NCBI GenBank assembly: GCA_049841135.1
Contig: JASGHK010000008.1
Coordinates: 339,272 to 403,271 of the forward strand
Length of the DNA stretch: 64,000 nucleotides
Direction of reading: 5' to 3'
DNA from: Myxococcales bacterium
GTDB taxonomy: Bacteria > Myxococcota > Myxococcia > Myxococcales > UBA5297
Part shown: piece after piece, positions 20,668 to 33,637 of the stretch
Position numbering within the stretch: the stretch's first letter is position 1
How the letters are laid out: every line of letters begins with the position of its first letter
Notes under the pieces: model-generated
What the model saw: only the letters and a program-made list of their open reading frames with translations
Database searches by the model: none
What the model was told of the DNA's origin: nothing
Position numbers and translations under genes: made by a program

Positions 20668-21275
20668 GGCCGCACCTCCTCGATGGTCGCTGCGCCCTTC
20701 TCCTCGAACATCGCCTTCACCTTTGCCAGGTCGAAGCGCGGGTCGCTGGACTCGACGCTCACCAGGAACCGGTCGTCGCTGGCCTTGGGGAACGCCTCGG
20801 CCTGCATCACCGGGTGGAAGAACTTGGGCAGCCGGTTGAGCCCCCACATCCCGAAGAACGTGCCGAAGGCCGTCAACAGGATGGTCGTCTCGAAGCCGAT
20901 GGGCACGTAGGCCTGCCAGGCGACGAACGGCTTGCCGGACAGGTTGAGCGGGTAGTCGTAGCCCATCGTCCAGATCTGCAGGAGCAGGCCGCCGACCAGG
21001 CCCGCGAGCCCGCCCGCGAGCGAGAGGTACGGGACCTTGGAGTCCTTCATCCCCATCGCCCGCTCGATGCCGTGGACTGGGAACGGGGTGTGCGCGTCGA
21101 AGGCCTGGAAGCCCAGGTCGCGCAGCTCCTCGAGGGCGTGGAGCATGGTCTCCGGCGCCTCGAAGGATGCGACCACCGCGAAGGGCTGGTCCGCGGCGGC
21201 CGCGCCCGCCGCCGGCTGGGGCGAAGGGAGGGCTTCGGCGGCGCCGGTGCTCGTCGTCGTCTCAGGCGATGGCAT
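20664..21275 (-). CDS. actD: alternative complex III subunit ActD (DUF3341)
   Basis: 203-aa protein with a C-terminal amphipathic/TM region. Located between actC and actE. The start may be further downstream (for example the M of MLHALEEL). Confidence 0.7.
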   Translation of the reverse strand: MPSPETTTSTGAAEALPSPQPAAGAAAADQPFAVVASFEAPETMLHALEELRDLGFQAFDAHTPFPVHGIERAMGMKDSKVPYLSLAGGLAGLVGGLLLQIWTMGYDYPLNLSGKPFVAWQAYVPIGFETTILLTAFGTFFGMWGLNRLPKFFHPVMQAEAFPKASDDRFLVSVESSDPRFDLAKVKAMFEEKGAATIEEVRP

Positions 21276-22697
21276 TGGCGTCCTCGACCTTGGTGGCGGG
21301 GGCGGGCGACGGGCCGGGCTTGGCGCCGTGCGCTCCGTGGGGCATCACGCCCTTGACCTCCGCGATGGCGATCATCGGCATGAAGCGGATGAAGAGCAGG
21401 AACAGCGTGAAGAAGAGGCCGAAGGTGCCGATGAAGGTGGTGATGTCGACGAGGGTCGGCGTGAAATAGCCCCAGCTGGACGGCAGGTAGTCGCGATGCA
21501 GGCTCGTCACGATGATGACGAAGCGCTCGAACCACATGCCGATGTTCACGAAGATGGTGAGGACGAAGCTCGCCACCACGCTGGTGCGCACCTTCTTGAA
21601 CCAGAACAGCTGCGGGGTGATGACGTTGCAGGTCATCATCGTCCAGTACGCCCAGGCGTACGGGCCGAACGCGCGGTTGATGAAGGTGAACTTCTCGTAC
21701 TCGTTGCCGCTGTACCAGGCGATGAAGAACTCCAGCCCGTACGCGTAGCCGACCATGCTCCCGGTCGCGAGCATGATCTTGTTCATGTTCTCGATGTGCC
21801 GCATCGTCACCAGCTCTTCCAGGTGGAAGACCTTGCGGCAGATGATCATCAGCGTCTGCACCATCGCGAAGCCGCTGAAGACGGCGCCGGCGACGAAGTA
21901 CGGCGGGAAGATGGTCGTGTGCCAGCCGGGGATGACCGAGGTGGCGAAGTCGAAGCTGACGATGGTGTGCACCGAGAGAACCAGCGGCGCCGAGATGCCC
22001 GCGAGGATCAGGTAGGCCTTCTCGTAGTTCGACCAGTGCCGCGCCGAGCCGCGCCAGCCCAGGGCCAGGATGCCGAAGATGATCTGCCGGGCCCGGGTCT
22101 TGGCCCGGTCGCGCAGGGTCGCCAGGTCGGGGACCAGGCCGGTGTACCAGAACAGCAGCGAGACCGTGCCGTAGGTCGAGACGGCGAAGAAGTCCCAGAG
22201 CAGCGGCGAGCGGAAGTTGGGCCACATCCCCATCTGGTTGGGCACGGGGATCATCCAGTACGCGAACCAGATTCGGCCGACGTGGAAGCCGGGGTAGATG
22301 AGCGCCGCCAGCACCGCGAAGAGCGTCATCGCCTCCGCGGCGCGGTTGATGGAGGTGCGCCACTTCTGCCGGAAAAGGAAGAGGATGGCGCTGATCAGCG
22401 TGCCGGCGTGGCCGATGCCGATCCAGAAGACGAAGCCGGTGATGTCCCAGGCCCAGCCGACGGGATGGTTCAGGCCCCACTCGCCGGTACCGTTCCAGAC
22501 GAGGTCGCCCAGGCTCCCCGCGAGCACCATCAGCCCGAAGAAGGTGATGGCGATGAGGAAGAGCCAGGGCTTGGGGGTCTTGGCCTCGGTGATGCCGGCG
22601 ACCTTGTCGGTCACCGAGTGCAGGTCGTGGTTGCCCAGGACCAGCGACGGCCGCGCGATGGCGTCGTCGACCACCAGGGTTTCGGGGCGGGCGCCGC

Positions 22698-22701
<4 letters not shown>
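21262..22701 (-). CDS. actC: alternative complex III subunit ActC (NrfD/PsrC-like quinol-interacting membrane subunit)
   Basis: 479-aa C-terminal part of ORF 21262..24672 from [11 protein letters not shown]. Ten-helix NrfD-like hydrophobic pattern. The ATG at 22701 overlaps the actB stop (ATGA). Confidence 0.85.
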
Positions 22702-25750
<3,049 letters not shown>

Positions 25751-25754
<4 letters not shown>

Positions 25755-26401
25755 CGGTGGCACCCCGAGCAGTGCAACGGCGGCTGGACCTCGCGGCCGG
25801 TCGGCGCCACCGCCCTGGGCGGCGACTGGGCCGGCTGCTTCCAGGCCATGTTGGTGATCTCGCTCGCCGGCCGCAGGCTCTTGCCCGGGTCGCGGTGACA
25901 GTCCAGGCACCAGCTCATCGACAGCGGCTCGCGCTGGATGACCTTGGGCATCTGGTCCACGCGGCCGTGGCAGCTCGAGCAGCCGACGCCCGCCGCCAGG
26001 TGCGCCCCGTGGTTGAAGTAGACGTAGTCCGGCAGCTTGTGCACGCGCACCCAGGGGATGGGCGTGTCGTTCGCGAAGCTCTCGCGGACCGGCAACAGCT
26101 TGGCGCTGTCGAGGCGGACCTTGGTGTGGCAGTTCATGCAGACCTGCGTCGGCGGGACCGCCGCCATGTTCGCCCGCTCCACCGAGTAGTGGCAGTAGCG
26201 GCAGTCCATGCCCAGGTCGCCGGCGTGCAGCTTGTGGCTGTACTCCACCGGCTGGTCGGGTTGGTAGCCGACCTCGAGGTGCTTGTTGGTCCCGTAGTAC
26301 CAGAGGGCCAGCACGACGGCCGTCGCCGCCGGCCCGAGGCCGAAGAAGAAGATCCACTTCAGGGCCTGATTGGACCAGCGGGGAAAGAAGTAGCGTGGCA
26401 T
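25751..26401 (-). CDS. actA: alternative complex III subunit ActA (pentahaem cytochrome c, membrane anchored)
   Basis: 216 aa with an N-terminal TM helix. Five CxxCH motifs: CRYCH, CMNCH, CSSCH, CLDCH, CSGCH. Confidence 0.85.
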
Positions 26402-26736
26402 TCGATCTCTCGCGTCCGTCCGCTGTGAGCGCGCCGGCGTCGCCCCTGAAGCAGGCCCGCCCCGCCGCGCCTGTTCGACCGCCTTGGGAAAGCTGGCGCC
26501 GAAATCTGTCGGTGAACCTATAGCCTGTCAATCGTCTCGGTTTCCCGGGACCTGACGCCATCGCTGTGATTGAACATGCCCCTCGGGCACTCTTGGACAC
26601 TCGCTTAGATGATGCAGCGAGCCAAACGTCTCGCGACACTGTTCAAAGACGAACGTCTGGAAGCAGACATCGGCTCCAATCGGCCGGAACTGCTGGCCAA
26701 TTTCGCCGGTGCGCTTCGAGGCGTTATGCCCCGAAC
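26402..26736 (-). promoter_or_regulatory. 335-nt lower-GC intergenic region upstream of actA (act operon promoter/regulatory region; also the 3' end of the upstream radical SAM gene)
   Basis: Only long non-coding stretch upstream of the ten-gene act/cox unit. GC is visibly lower than in flanking coding DNA. No specific binding site identified. Confidence 0.3.
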
Positions 26737-27711
26737 CTAGAAGAGCGACAGCTGCCGCTGGCCGGTTTCGGGCGGCGGGAGCTTGCGCTGTGGGCGGTGC
26801 TGGCTCGCCAGCCCGAGCCTCGAACAGACGGCCTGGAAGTCCGCCTGGAGCCGGTCTGGGAGGGCACGGTCGGACTCCACGCCGCGGGCGAGCAGCTTGT
26901 CGTAGCGGGTCGCCAGTTCCGGGTCGAAGCGCGAGACGAAGCCAACCATCGCCATCCGCGCTGGAGCGGGCATGGTCAGCGGCATCACGGTGGCGAAGGA
27001 CGCGCCCGCGCTCTGGGCCCGGCGCAAGACCTCCTCCAGCTGCTTGTTGCTGTCATTGATCCCGTGCATCACCGGCGCGACCTGCACGCCGACGCGGATG
27101 CCGGCCCGGGCCAGCGTCTCCAGCGCCACCAGCCGGCGCTCGGGAGAAGGAGCCAGCGGCTCGAGCAACTTCGCCAGCTTCAGGTCCAGCGTGGGGATGG
27201 AGAAGGAGACCGACACCTTGCCGCGCCGGCCGATGGCCGCGAGGAGACTGGCGTCGCGCGGGATGAGGGTCGAGCGCGTCTGGGCCCGCAGGTCGACGGA
27301 GCCGTAGCGAGCCAGCACGTCGAGCACGGAGCGGGTGACCTGCGCCTTCTCCTCCGCCGGCTGCCAGGGGTCGCAGTGCGTGCCCAGGACCAGCGGCGCC
27401 TTCTCCAGCGAGCCGTCGCGAAGGGCTCGGGTGATGGCCTCGACCGCATTGACGCGCGCGTGGATGTCGCGTTCGAACAGGCGCGGGTCGGCGTCCTTGA
27501 ACGGCGCCACGTGGCGGCCACGGCACCAGACGCAGGCGAACGCGCAGCCCGAGTACGGATTGAGCGCGAAGTGGCGGGACGGGCCCTCACCGATCGCGAG
27601 GAGCACGTCCTGGCTGCGGGCGGTGCGGACCTCGACGCGCGGGTGCGCGGGCCAGGGCTCGCTGTGGGCGTATCCGGTCGGAATCGTGTTCAGTGCCTTC
27701 ATACTGAACAA
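26737..27711 (-). CDS. radical SAM protein of the spore-photoproduct-lyase/DNA-photolyase-like family
   Basis: NPYSGCAFACVWCRG is a CxxxCxxC radical SAM cluster motif in the context typical of SPL-like enzymes. Confidence 0.55.
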   Translation of the reverse strand: MFSMKALNTIPTGYAHSEPWPAHPRVEVRTARSQDVLLAIGEGPSRHFALNPYSGCAFACVWCRGRHVAPFKDADPRLFERDIHARVNAVEAITRALRDGSLEKAPLVLGTHCDPWQPAEEKAQVTRSVLDVLARYGSVDLRAQTRSTLIPRDASLLAAIGRRGKVSVSFSIPTLDLKLAKLLEPLAPSPERRLVALETLARAGIRVGVQVAPVMHGINDSNKQLEEVLRRAQSAGASFATVMPLTMPAPARMAMVGFVSRFDPELATRYDKLLARGVESDRALPDRLQADFQAVCSRLGLASQHRPQRKLPPPETGQRQLSLF

Positions 27712-27980
27712 GGTTACAGGTCGGGTCCGACATTCCTGTTCAGACCGAGACGAGTTCTCGCCCCAACCTGTCGTTACGACGGCGTTTTCCCCTGGGGCTC
27801 TGCCTGTCGATTGCTGCGTGCCCGGAGATCTGCGGCGACCGCTCGTTCCCGCTGCGCCAGCTTGAGAGCCCTCGTCATCCGTGTCGTCGATCCGGAGGCA
27901 GACGCTCCCTGAGCGATGCGGTGGTCGTCTGGTCGAAAGGCGGAGCCAAGTGGCGGATAGACGCGTTCGCCTCTGCTAGG

Positions 27981-28373
27981 ATGCGCCGCTCTTCCTTCGG
28001 AGCCGTGTACGTGGACCGCATCCTGATCAAAGACCTCTTGGCTCGCTGCATCATCGGGGCGAACGAGTCCGAGCGGCACGACAAGCAGAACGTCATCGTC
28101 AACCTGGTGCTCTGGACCGACCTCTCCAAGGGCGGCAAGAGCGACCGCATCGCCGACACGCTCGACTACCGCAGCGTGCGCAACGCGGTGATGGACATGG
28201 TGGAGAGCTCGAAGTTCTTCCTCATCGAGGCCCTGGCGGAGCGCATCGCCGAGGTCTGTCTGGTCGAGCCCAAGGTGCACAAGGTCCAGGTGACGGTGGA
28301 GAAGCCCTCCGCGCTGCGCTTCGGCAAGAGCGTGGGTGTGGAGATCGAGCGGGAACGCCCTAAGAGCCTTTGA
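27981..28373 (+). CDS. folB: dihydroneopterin aldolase
   Basis: ILIKDLLARCIIGANESERHDKQNVIVNLVLWTDL...DTLDYRSV...FFLIEALAERIA matches FolB. Start chosen at the internal MRRSSFG; the ORF start at 27921 is possible. Confidence 0.75.
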   Translation: MRRSSFGAVYVDRILIKDLLARCIIGANESERHDKQNVIVNLVLWTDLSKGGKSDRIADTLDYRSVRNAVMDMVESSKFFLIEALAERIAEVCLVEPKVHKVQVTVEKPSALRFGKSVGVEIERERPKSL

Positions 28374-30579
28374 GCGCGGTCAGCTTGGCGCGTTCCTCGG
28401 CGTCCATCGCTCGCGTCTCCACGATCGTCATCGCCTTGAGCTGCTCCGGCGGCAGGCGCTGCAGGCCCAGGACGACCGGATCGACGGCCTCGGCGCCCGC
28501 GTGGGCTTCGACCTCGAGGCTCACCTCTCCCCCCGCGGCCTGACGCACGAAGCGGACCTCCCAGCCCTTGGGTTCGAGCAGCGAGTTGGTCTCGGGCGCG
28601 AGCACGCGCAGCGAGAGGAGCCAGGGCATCTCGCGCAGGCGTGCGTGCCAGACGGCGAGCTCGCTCCAGACGTCGTTGGCGGTGAAGTGCGTCAGCCGCG
28701 CCCAGAGGTCCTTGCCGATGGCGTTCGCCCACGCCCGCGCCCGGTCGTCTTGTCCGAAGGCATAGCGATGCCGGATGATCCCCAGCCGCTTGAGCCTGGG
28801 CAGCTTCACCTCAATCGCCCGGGCGTCGCTGATCCACAGGCCAACGTCCTCCAGCGGCGGGTCGGGGCAGAGCTCGAGCAGCGGAGCGACGACCGAAAGG
28901 CGCAGGAAGTGGAAGGCGGTGACATGCCTGCCCGGGCCAAGGAACAGCTTCGCCAGAGTCTGCGCATCGCGCTCGGCGGCGTCGGCCCACTGGGAGATTC
29001 GCAGCGTGCGGACCGTGCCCCAGGCGCTCTCGTCCGTCGCCTTCGCGAGCCTGGGCAGCGCGACGAGCGCGCGCGAGAGGAAGCCCTGCTCGAAGTGCCG
29101 GCCCTTGGCCACGACGTACTGCGCCAGCGGGCCGGCAAGCCGGTCTTCGTGCTCTTCCAGGATCTGGCGCTCGCGCCGCAAGCCCGCGGGAGTCCCCCGC
29201 CCTGCCGCCCGCTCGCACTGAAGCGCGATGAACTCGCCGCGGACGTCGCCGTGCTCGAGCAGCCAGTCGGCGTAGACGCGGCGCAGCTCCTCGGAGTCCG
29301 GGTCGTCGTAGATGCGCGAGAGGAACTCGCCCTCGGACCGTGCACGCTGCCGGACGCCGTCCTTGACCCCGGCCAGGCGCGAGCGGGCTCGGACCACGAC
29401 GGGTTCGTCCTCGGAAACGGCCGTCGCTGGGACCCGCTTGAGCGCCTCCTCGAGCGAGCGCCCCTCGGCGCCGCGCCTGAAGTCTTCGAGGTACGAGTAC
29501 CCCGGGAAGCGCGACAGGAGCGCGGCGCCCACCTGCTTGAGCGGCTCGAGCTGGCGGGCGTCCCGCAACGCGCTCAGATCCCGGAGCACTTCCCGGTAGA
29601 AGTGGAAGGACGCGTTCGAGCGATAAGGCTGGGCCTGGAGAAGCTTCACGAGCGCGGTGGCGATCCGCGGGTCGGCCTGGCCGGCCAGGGCCCGAAGGCG
29701 CCGCTCGGCCTCGCTCCACTGCGACGGCCAGGGCACCGCCAGCAGTGCGGCGATGGCCACCGGGTCGCGCTTCTTGGCGACCTCGTGCCACGCCCTCTCC
29801 TTCTCCGTCTTCGACCGGCCCGCGACGGGCGCGACCCGCACCTGCGACGAGAGCAAGTCGAGGAGGTCGGCGACCTCGGGTGCGCGCGTCTTGCCCCACA
29901 GCTCGAGCAGTCCCGCCAGCAGCTGGACGTCCTCGGCGTCCGGGACGGGCGGCGCATCGGACTCGTCCAGCGGAGCGCCCAGCCGCGCCAGCGCCTCCCT
30001 CGTCAGCTCGAGCCGCTTGCCCGACAGCGCCGGGACAACCTTGGCGAGCGCCGGCTTGGCCCGGTCCTGGTACCGGGAGAGCGCGTCGAAGGCCGCCATC
30101 CGCACATGAACCGAGGTGTCGGCGACGCCGTTCACCAGCACCTCGATCACCGCGTCGTCGACCAACTCCGGGCTCTTTCGCGCAACCGAAGCGAGCGCCG
30201 GAAAGACGCACTTGCGCAGGGCTGGCGTGGGCGAGGCGGAGAGGTGCAGCAGCGGCGGCAGCGCCCGAGCCTCGAAGCGCCACAGATCCATCAACTGCTT
30301 CTTGAGCCAATACGAACCTGACCCCTCGTCCACCAGGCACTGAAGGCCGTGGGCCATCAGCCATGGAGCGAGCGGGCTTGGGTCTTCCTTCGGCACCGGG
30401 AGATGGGTCGGGTGCACGACCGGCCGCTGCGCGACCCGGCCCAGGGCCACCGCGAACGGCACGGGCCCGTGGCCCGAGGCAGGCGGCAGCTCGCCCAGCG
30501 CGGCGATCGCCTCGTCCAACTGGGCGCGCAGCTCCGGGGTCGGCAGGAAGCTGCGGAAGGGCTCGAAGTCGTAAGACAT
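28360..30579 (-). CDS. TIGR02996 (repeat-companion) domain protein with leucine-rich-repeat-like C-terminal region
   Basis: 739-aa part of ORF 28360..32250 from MSYDFEPFRSF; cat confirmed at 30577-79. The motif EELRRVYADWLLEHGDVRGEFIALQCER is the TIGR02996 signature. The upstream 550 aa of the listed ORF is antisense of the 30646..32322 gene. Confidence 0.6.
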   Translation of the reverse strand: MSYDFEPFRSFLPTPELRAQLDEAIAALGELPPASGHGPVPFAVALGRVAQRPVVHPTHLPVPKEDPSPLAPWLMAHGLQCLVDEGSGSYWLKKQLMDLWRFEARALPPLLHLSASPTPALRKCVFPALASVARKSPELVDDAVIEVLVNGVADTSVHVRMAAFDALSRYQDRAKPALAKVVPALSGKRLELTREALARLGAPLDESDAPPVPDAEDVQLLAGLLELWGKTRAPEVADLLDLLSSQVRVAPVAGRSKTEKERAWHEVAKKRDPVAIAALLAVPWPSQWSEAERRLRALAGQADPRIATALVKLLQAQPYRSNASFHFYREVLRDLSALRDARQLEPLKQVGAALLSRFPGYSYLEDFRRGAEGRSLEEALKRVPATAVSEDEPVVVRARSRLAGVKDGVRQRARSEGEFLSRIYDDPDSEELRRVYADWLLEHGDVRGEFIALQCERAAGRGTPAGLRRERQILEEHEDRLAGPLAQYVVAKGRHFEQGFLSRALVALPRLAKATDESAWGTVRTLRISQWADAAERDAQTLAKLFLGPGRHVTAFHFLRLSVVAPLLELCPDPPLEDVGLWISDARAIEVKLPRLKRLGIIRHRYAFGQDDRARAWANAIGKDLWARLTHFTANDVWSELAVWHARLREMPWLLSLRVLAPETNSLLEPKGWEVRFVRQAAGGEVSLEVEAHAGAEAVDPVVLGLQRLPPEQLKAMTIVETRAMDAEERAKLTALKGS

Positions 30580-30645
30580 GCGTGCGGACCATACCCCGCT
30601 AGAATCCGGGCCGCTCCGCCGTTCTCCATCGCAAGGAACCCCTCC

Positions 30646-32322
30646 GTGGCGCTCGACCTGCTGCTCATCTCCCCGCCCGTCGCCAACGTCGGCCAGGCCG
30701 CCGCCAGCATCTCCACCCTCACCGCCTACCTGCGTTCGCGGGGCTGGTCGGTGGGCCAGTGGGACGCCTCCATCGACGCCTTCCACCACTTCCATTCCGC
30801 TTCCCACCTCGGCGCCTGCCGCGACCGCCTGGCGTCCGAAGGCGCCTCTGCCTCGCTCGTCCAGGCTGCGTCCGACGCGGCCTCCGGCATCGAGCAAGCC
30901 AAGGCCTCGCTGCGCTTGTTCGAGACGGTCGAGGACACGGCGGCCATGGAGCGGGCCTTCGCGGTCCTCGAGACGGCCGGCAACGTGCTCTCGGCCTCGG
31001 GGCGCGCGGGGACCGACCACACCTTCCGCCACTTCGACATCTCCGGCGCCTGGCGCGACTGGGACTCGCTCGTCGCCGCGCTCGACGACCCGGCGGCCAA
31101 CCCCTACCTCGCCTGGTCGGACGAGCAGGCCATCCCGCGGCTCCTCGCGTCCGGGCCCAAGGCCGTCGGCATCTCGCTGACCTACTTCTCGCAGATCCTC
31201 CCGGGCTTCACGCTGATCCGGCGCCTGAAGAAGCTCGCACCGCAGCTCGCCGTGGCGGTGGGCGGCGGCTACCTCACGGCGCTGGGCGAGAAGGCCCGCG
31301 AGATCCCCAAGAGCGTGCTTCCCGTCGACCTGCTCGCCACGCACGAAGGCGAAGCCGTGCTCGACGGCTGGCTGCATCGTGTCGCCGACCGATTGACCGA
31401 CCGACCCGGCGCGGAGGCCGGCAGCTCCGTCGCCTCGTGCCTCGACCTGTCCCAGGTGCCGAGCCCCACCTGGCTCGCCGACGGCCTGGACCTCTCGCGC
31501 TACCTCGTGCCGCGCTACGCCGTCCCGGTGCCGGTGACGCGCGGCTGCCACTGGGGGCGCTGCCGGTATTGCAACATCTCCTCGCAGACCTCGTCGTCGT
31601 ACCGCGTGCGGCCGTTCGAGCTGGCCATCCAGGACATCCAGGCGGTGATGGCCGAGACCGGCTCCAACTGGTTCGACCTGCCCACCGACTCCTTCCGGCC
31701 CGACCACCTGCACGCCTTCGCCAAGGCGATCCTCGAGGCCAAGCTGGACATCCGCTGGGCCGCCGAGGTGCTCCTCCACCCGCAGCTGACGACCGAGGTC
31801 ATCGAGGCTCTGGCGAAGTCGGGCTGCGTCTGCCTGCGCTTCGGGATGGAGAGCGCCTCCCCGGAAGTGCTGACCGCGATGAACAAGCCGCGCCCGGCGG
31901 GCCTCGCCGCGCGCATCCTGCGCGACTGCCGGGCGAACGGCATCCGCACCAGCACGATGCTCATCATCGGCTTCCCCACCGAGACCGCACGCCAGCGCAA
32001 CGAGACCTTCGACTTCCTGGCCGACCACCACGACGTCATCGACTTCGTGGCGCTGCACGAGTTCAACCTGGTCCCCGGCTCGCAGATGGCCGCCGATCCT
32101 TCGAGCTGCGGCCTCATCGCGCTGCCCAGCCACGCGGTGCTCCAGCCGTCCATTCCGTACCGCAACGCCAACGGCGTCGGCCTGGACGCGGACCAGGTTC
32201 ACGAAACCGCCGAGGCCATGCGCGACGCCTTGCGCGACTTCTACCCGCACGTGGGCAAGCCCTGGGCGGTGGCCATCGGCGGATGGATGACCTTCCCGTG
32301 GTGCTGCCGGGGACGGCCTTAA
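30646..32322 (+). CDS. B12-binding-domain radical SAM protein
   Basis: GTG start at 30646 preceded by aaggaa. VALDLLLISPPV is a B12-binding N-terminal domain. VTRGCHWGRCRYCN is the radical SAM cluster. CVCLRFGMESASPEVL lies in the TIM-barrel core. The 5' part of ORF 30349.. is non-coding. Confidence 0.7.
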   Translation: MALDLLLISPPVANVGQAAASISTLTAYLRSRGWSVGQWDASIDAFHHFHSASHLGACRDRLASEGASASLVQAASDAASGIEQAKASLRLFETVEDTAAMERAFAVLETAGNVLSASGRAGTDHTFRHFDISGAWRDWDSLVAALDDPAANPYLAWSDEQAIPRLLASGPKAVGISLTYFSQILPGFTLIRRLKKLAPQLAVAVGGGYLTALGEKAREIPKSVLPVDLLATHEGEAVLDGWLHRVADRLTDRPGAEAGSSVASCLDLSQVPSPTWLADGLDLSRYLVPRYAVPVPVTRGCHWGRCRYCNISSQTSSSYRVRPFELAIQDIQAVMAETGSNWFDLPTDSFRPDHLHAFAKAILEAKLDIRWAAEVLLHPQLTTEVIEALAKSGCVCLRFGMESASPEVLTAMNKPRPAGLAARILRDCRANGIRTSTMLIIGFPTETARQRNETFDFLADHHDVIDFVALHEFNLVPGSQMAADPSSCGLIALPSHAVLQPSIPYRNANGVGLDADQVHETAEAMRDALRDFYPHVGKPWAVAIGGWMTFPWCCRGRP

Positions 32323-32607
32323 GCGCGTGGAGGGTCGCGCCCTACCGATTACCGAAGGCGTGTCCCGAGGCCTGCCGCTCGGATCGCCGGGAGATACGCC
32401 TTCGGCAATCGCTCAATCTCATGGGTCGCCTCCAAGGAAGTGAAAGCACTTGGCGACCTTGGCCCCTTGGCGACCTTGGCGAAAAATTACTTCCAAACTT
32501 CAGCCACTTGCCCGACACCTCCCGAAATCCGCCGCTCGAGGCAACTTTGTAAGCTGGTGTGCGACAATCACCCCGTCTTTGAACTCTAGCTTTCGGAGAG
32601 GGATCCC

Positions 32608-33524
32608 ATGCCCGGCCCCATCGGCAGCGCAACGTCCACCACCCCCGTCGCCCCCAAGACCACCACCCCGACCACCTACACGGTCCAGCCGGGCGACACC
32701 CTCTCGAAGATCGCCAAGAACTTCCTGGGCGACTCCAAGCGCTGGCCGGAGCTGCATGGAGCTGCAACAAGAACGTCCTCTCCGCCCCCGAGAAGCTCGG
32801 CGTGGGGATGAAGCTGACGCTCCCGACGGGCGCCACCGCTCCGCAGGCCCCTGCGACGCAGACGACCACGACTCAGCCGCAGAAGCCGGCGACCACGACT
32901 CCGGCCGTCACCCCCAACAAGACCGACGGCTTCCACAAGGTCGTCAACCTCACCTTCGACGACGGCCCGCACCCGGTGAACACCCCCCGCGTGCTCGACA
33001 TCCTCAAGCAGCACGGCGTGAAGGCCACCTTCTTCTGCACCGGCGAGGGCATCCAGAAGAACCCCGAGCTGATCAAGCGGATCATCGCGGAAGGCCACGA
33101 CATCGGTAACCACACCTTCACCCACGCCAACCTCTCCAAGCTGACGCCGGCGCAGGCCAAGGCCGAGCTCGACAAGACCCAGGCCGCGCTGGACAAGGTG
33201 CTGGGCTACCACTACCCGATGTCCACCGTGCGCCCGCCCTACGGCGCCGGCCCCGCGATCGCCAAGCAGGCCATGGAGCCCGGCCAGAAGATGGTCCTCT
33301 GGAACGTCGACTCCAACGACTGGCGCTACAAGAACGACGACGCGAAGATCTTCGCCAACATCTTCGAAGGCGCCAACAGCGTCCACGCCCGCGGCGGCAC
33401 CATCCTGATGCACGACATCCAGCCGCAGACGGTCCGCGTGCTCGACGAGGTCATCGGCCGCCTGCAGAAGCAGGGCTTCGACATCCAGATGGTCTCGCCG
33501 CAGCCGAAGCTGCCCACCATCTGA
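32608..33524 (+). pseudogene. LysM domain fused to polysaccharide deacetylase (NodB/CE4), frameshifted in this sequence (about 32755)
   Basis: Frame 1 reads YTVQPGDTLSKIAKNFLGDSKRWPEL. The LysM domain continues in frame 3 as WSCNKNVLSAPEKLGVGMKLTLP, then NLTFDDGP...TFFCTGEG...HTFTH (CE4). A 10-bp near-duplication ggagctgcat/ggagctgcaa lies at the junction. Good RBS gagaggg before the ATG. No signal peptide. Confidence 0.6.
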
Positions 33525-33637
33525 TCGACCGCTCGTCCATTCGACTTCTCGAGGCCGTCACCCTCCACCGGGTGGCGGCCTCGCCGCTTCCGGTGCCGCA
33601 TGGACTCGGCGTCCGCCGGCTTGGTAAAACGCCCGCC

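Noticed and set aside
32322-32607. Sigma-54-type promoter at tggccccttggcg
   Set aside because: The spacing and the -12 element do not fit TGGCAC-N5-TTGC. It is kept only as an unexplained direct repeat.
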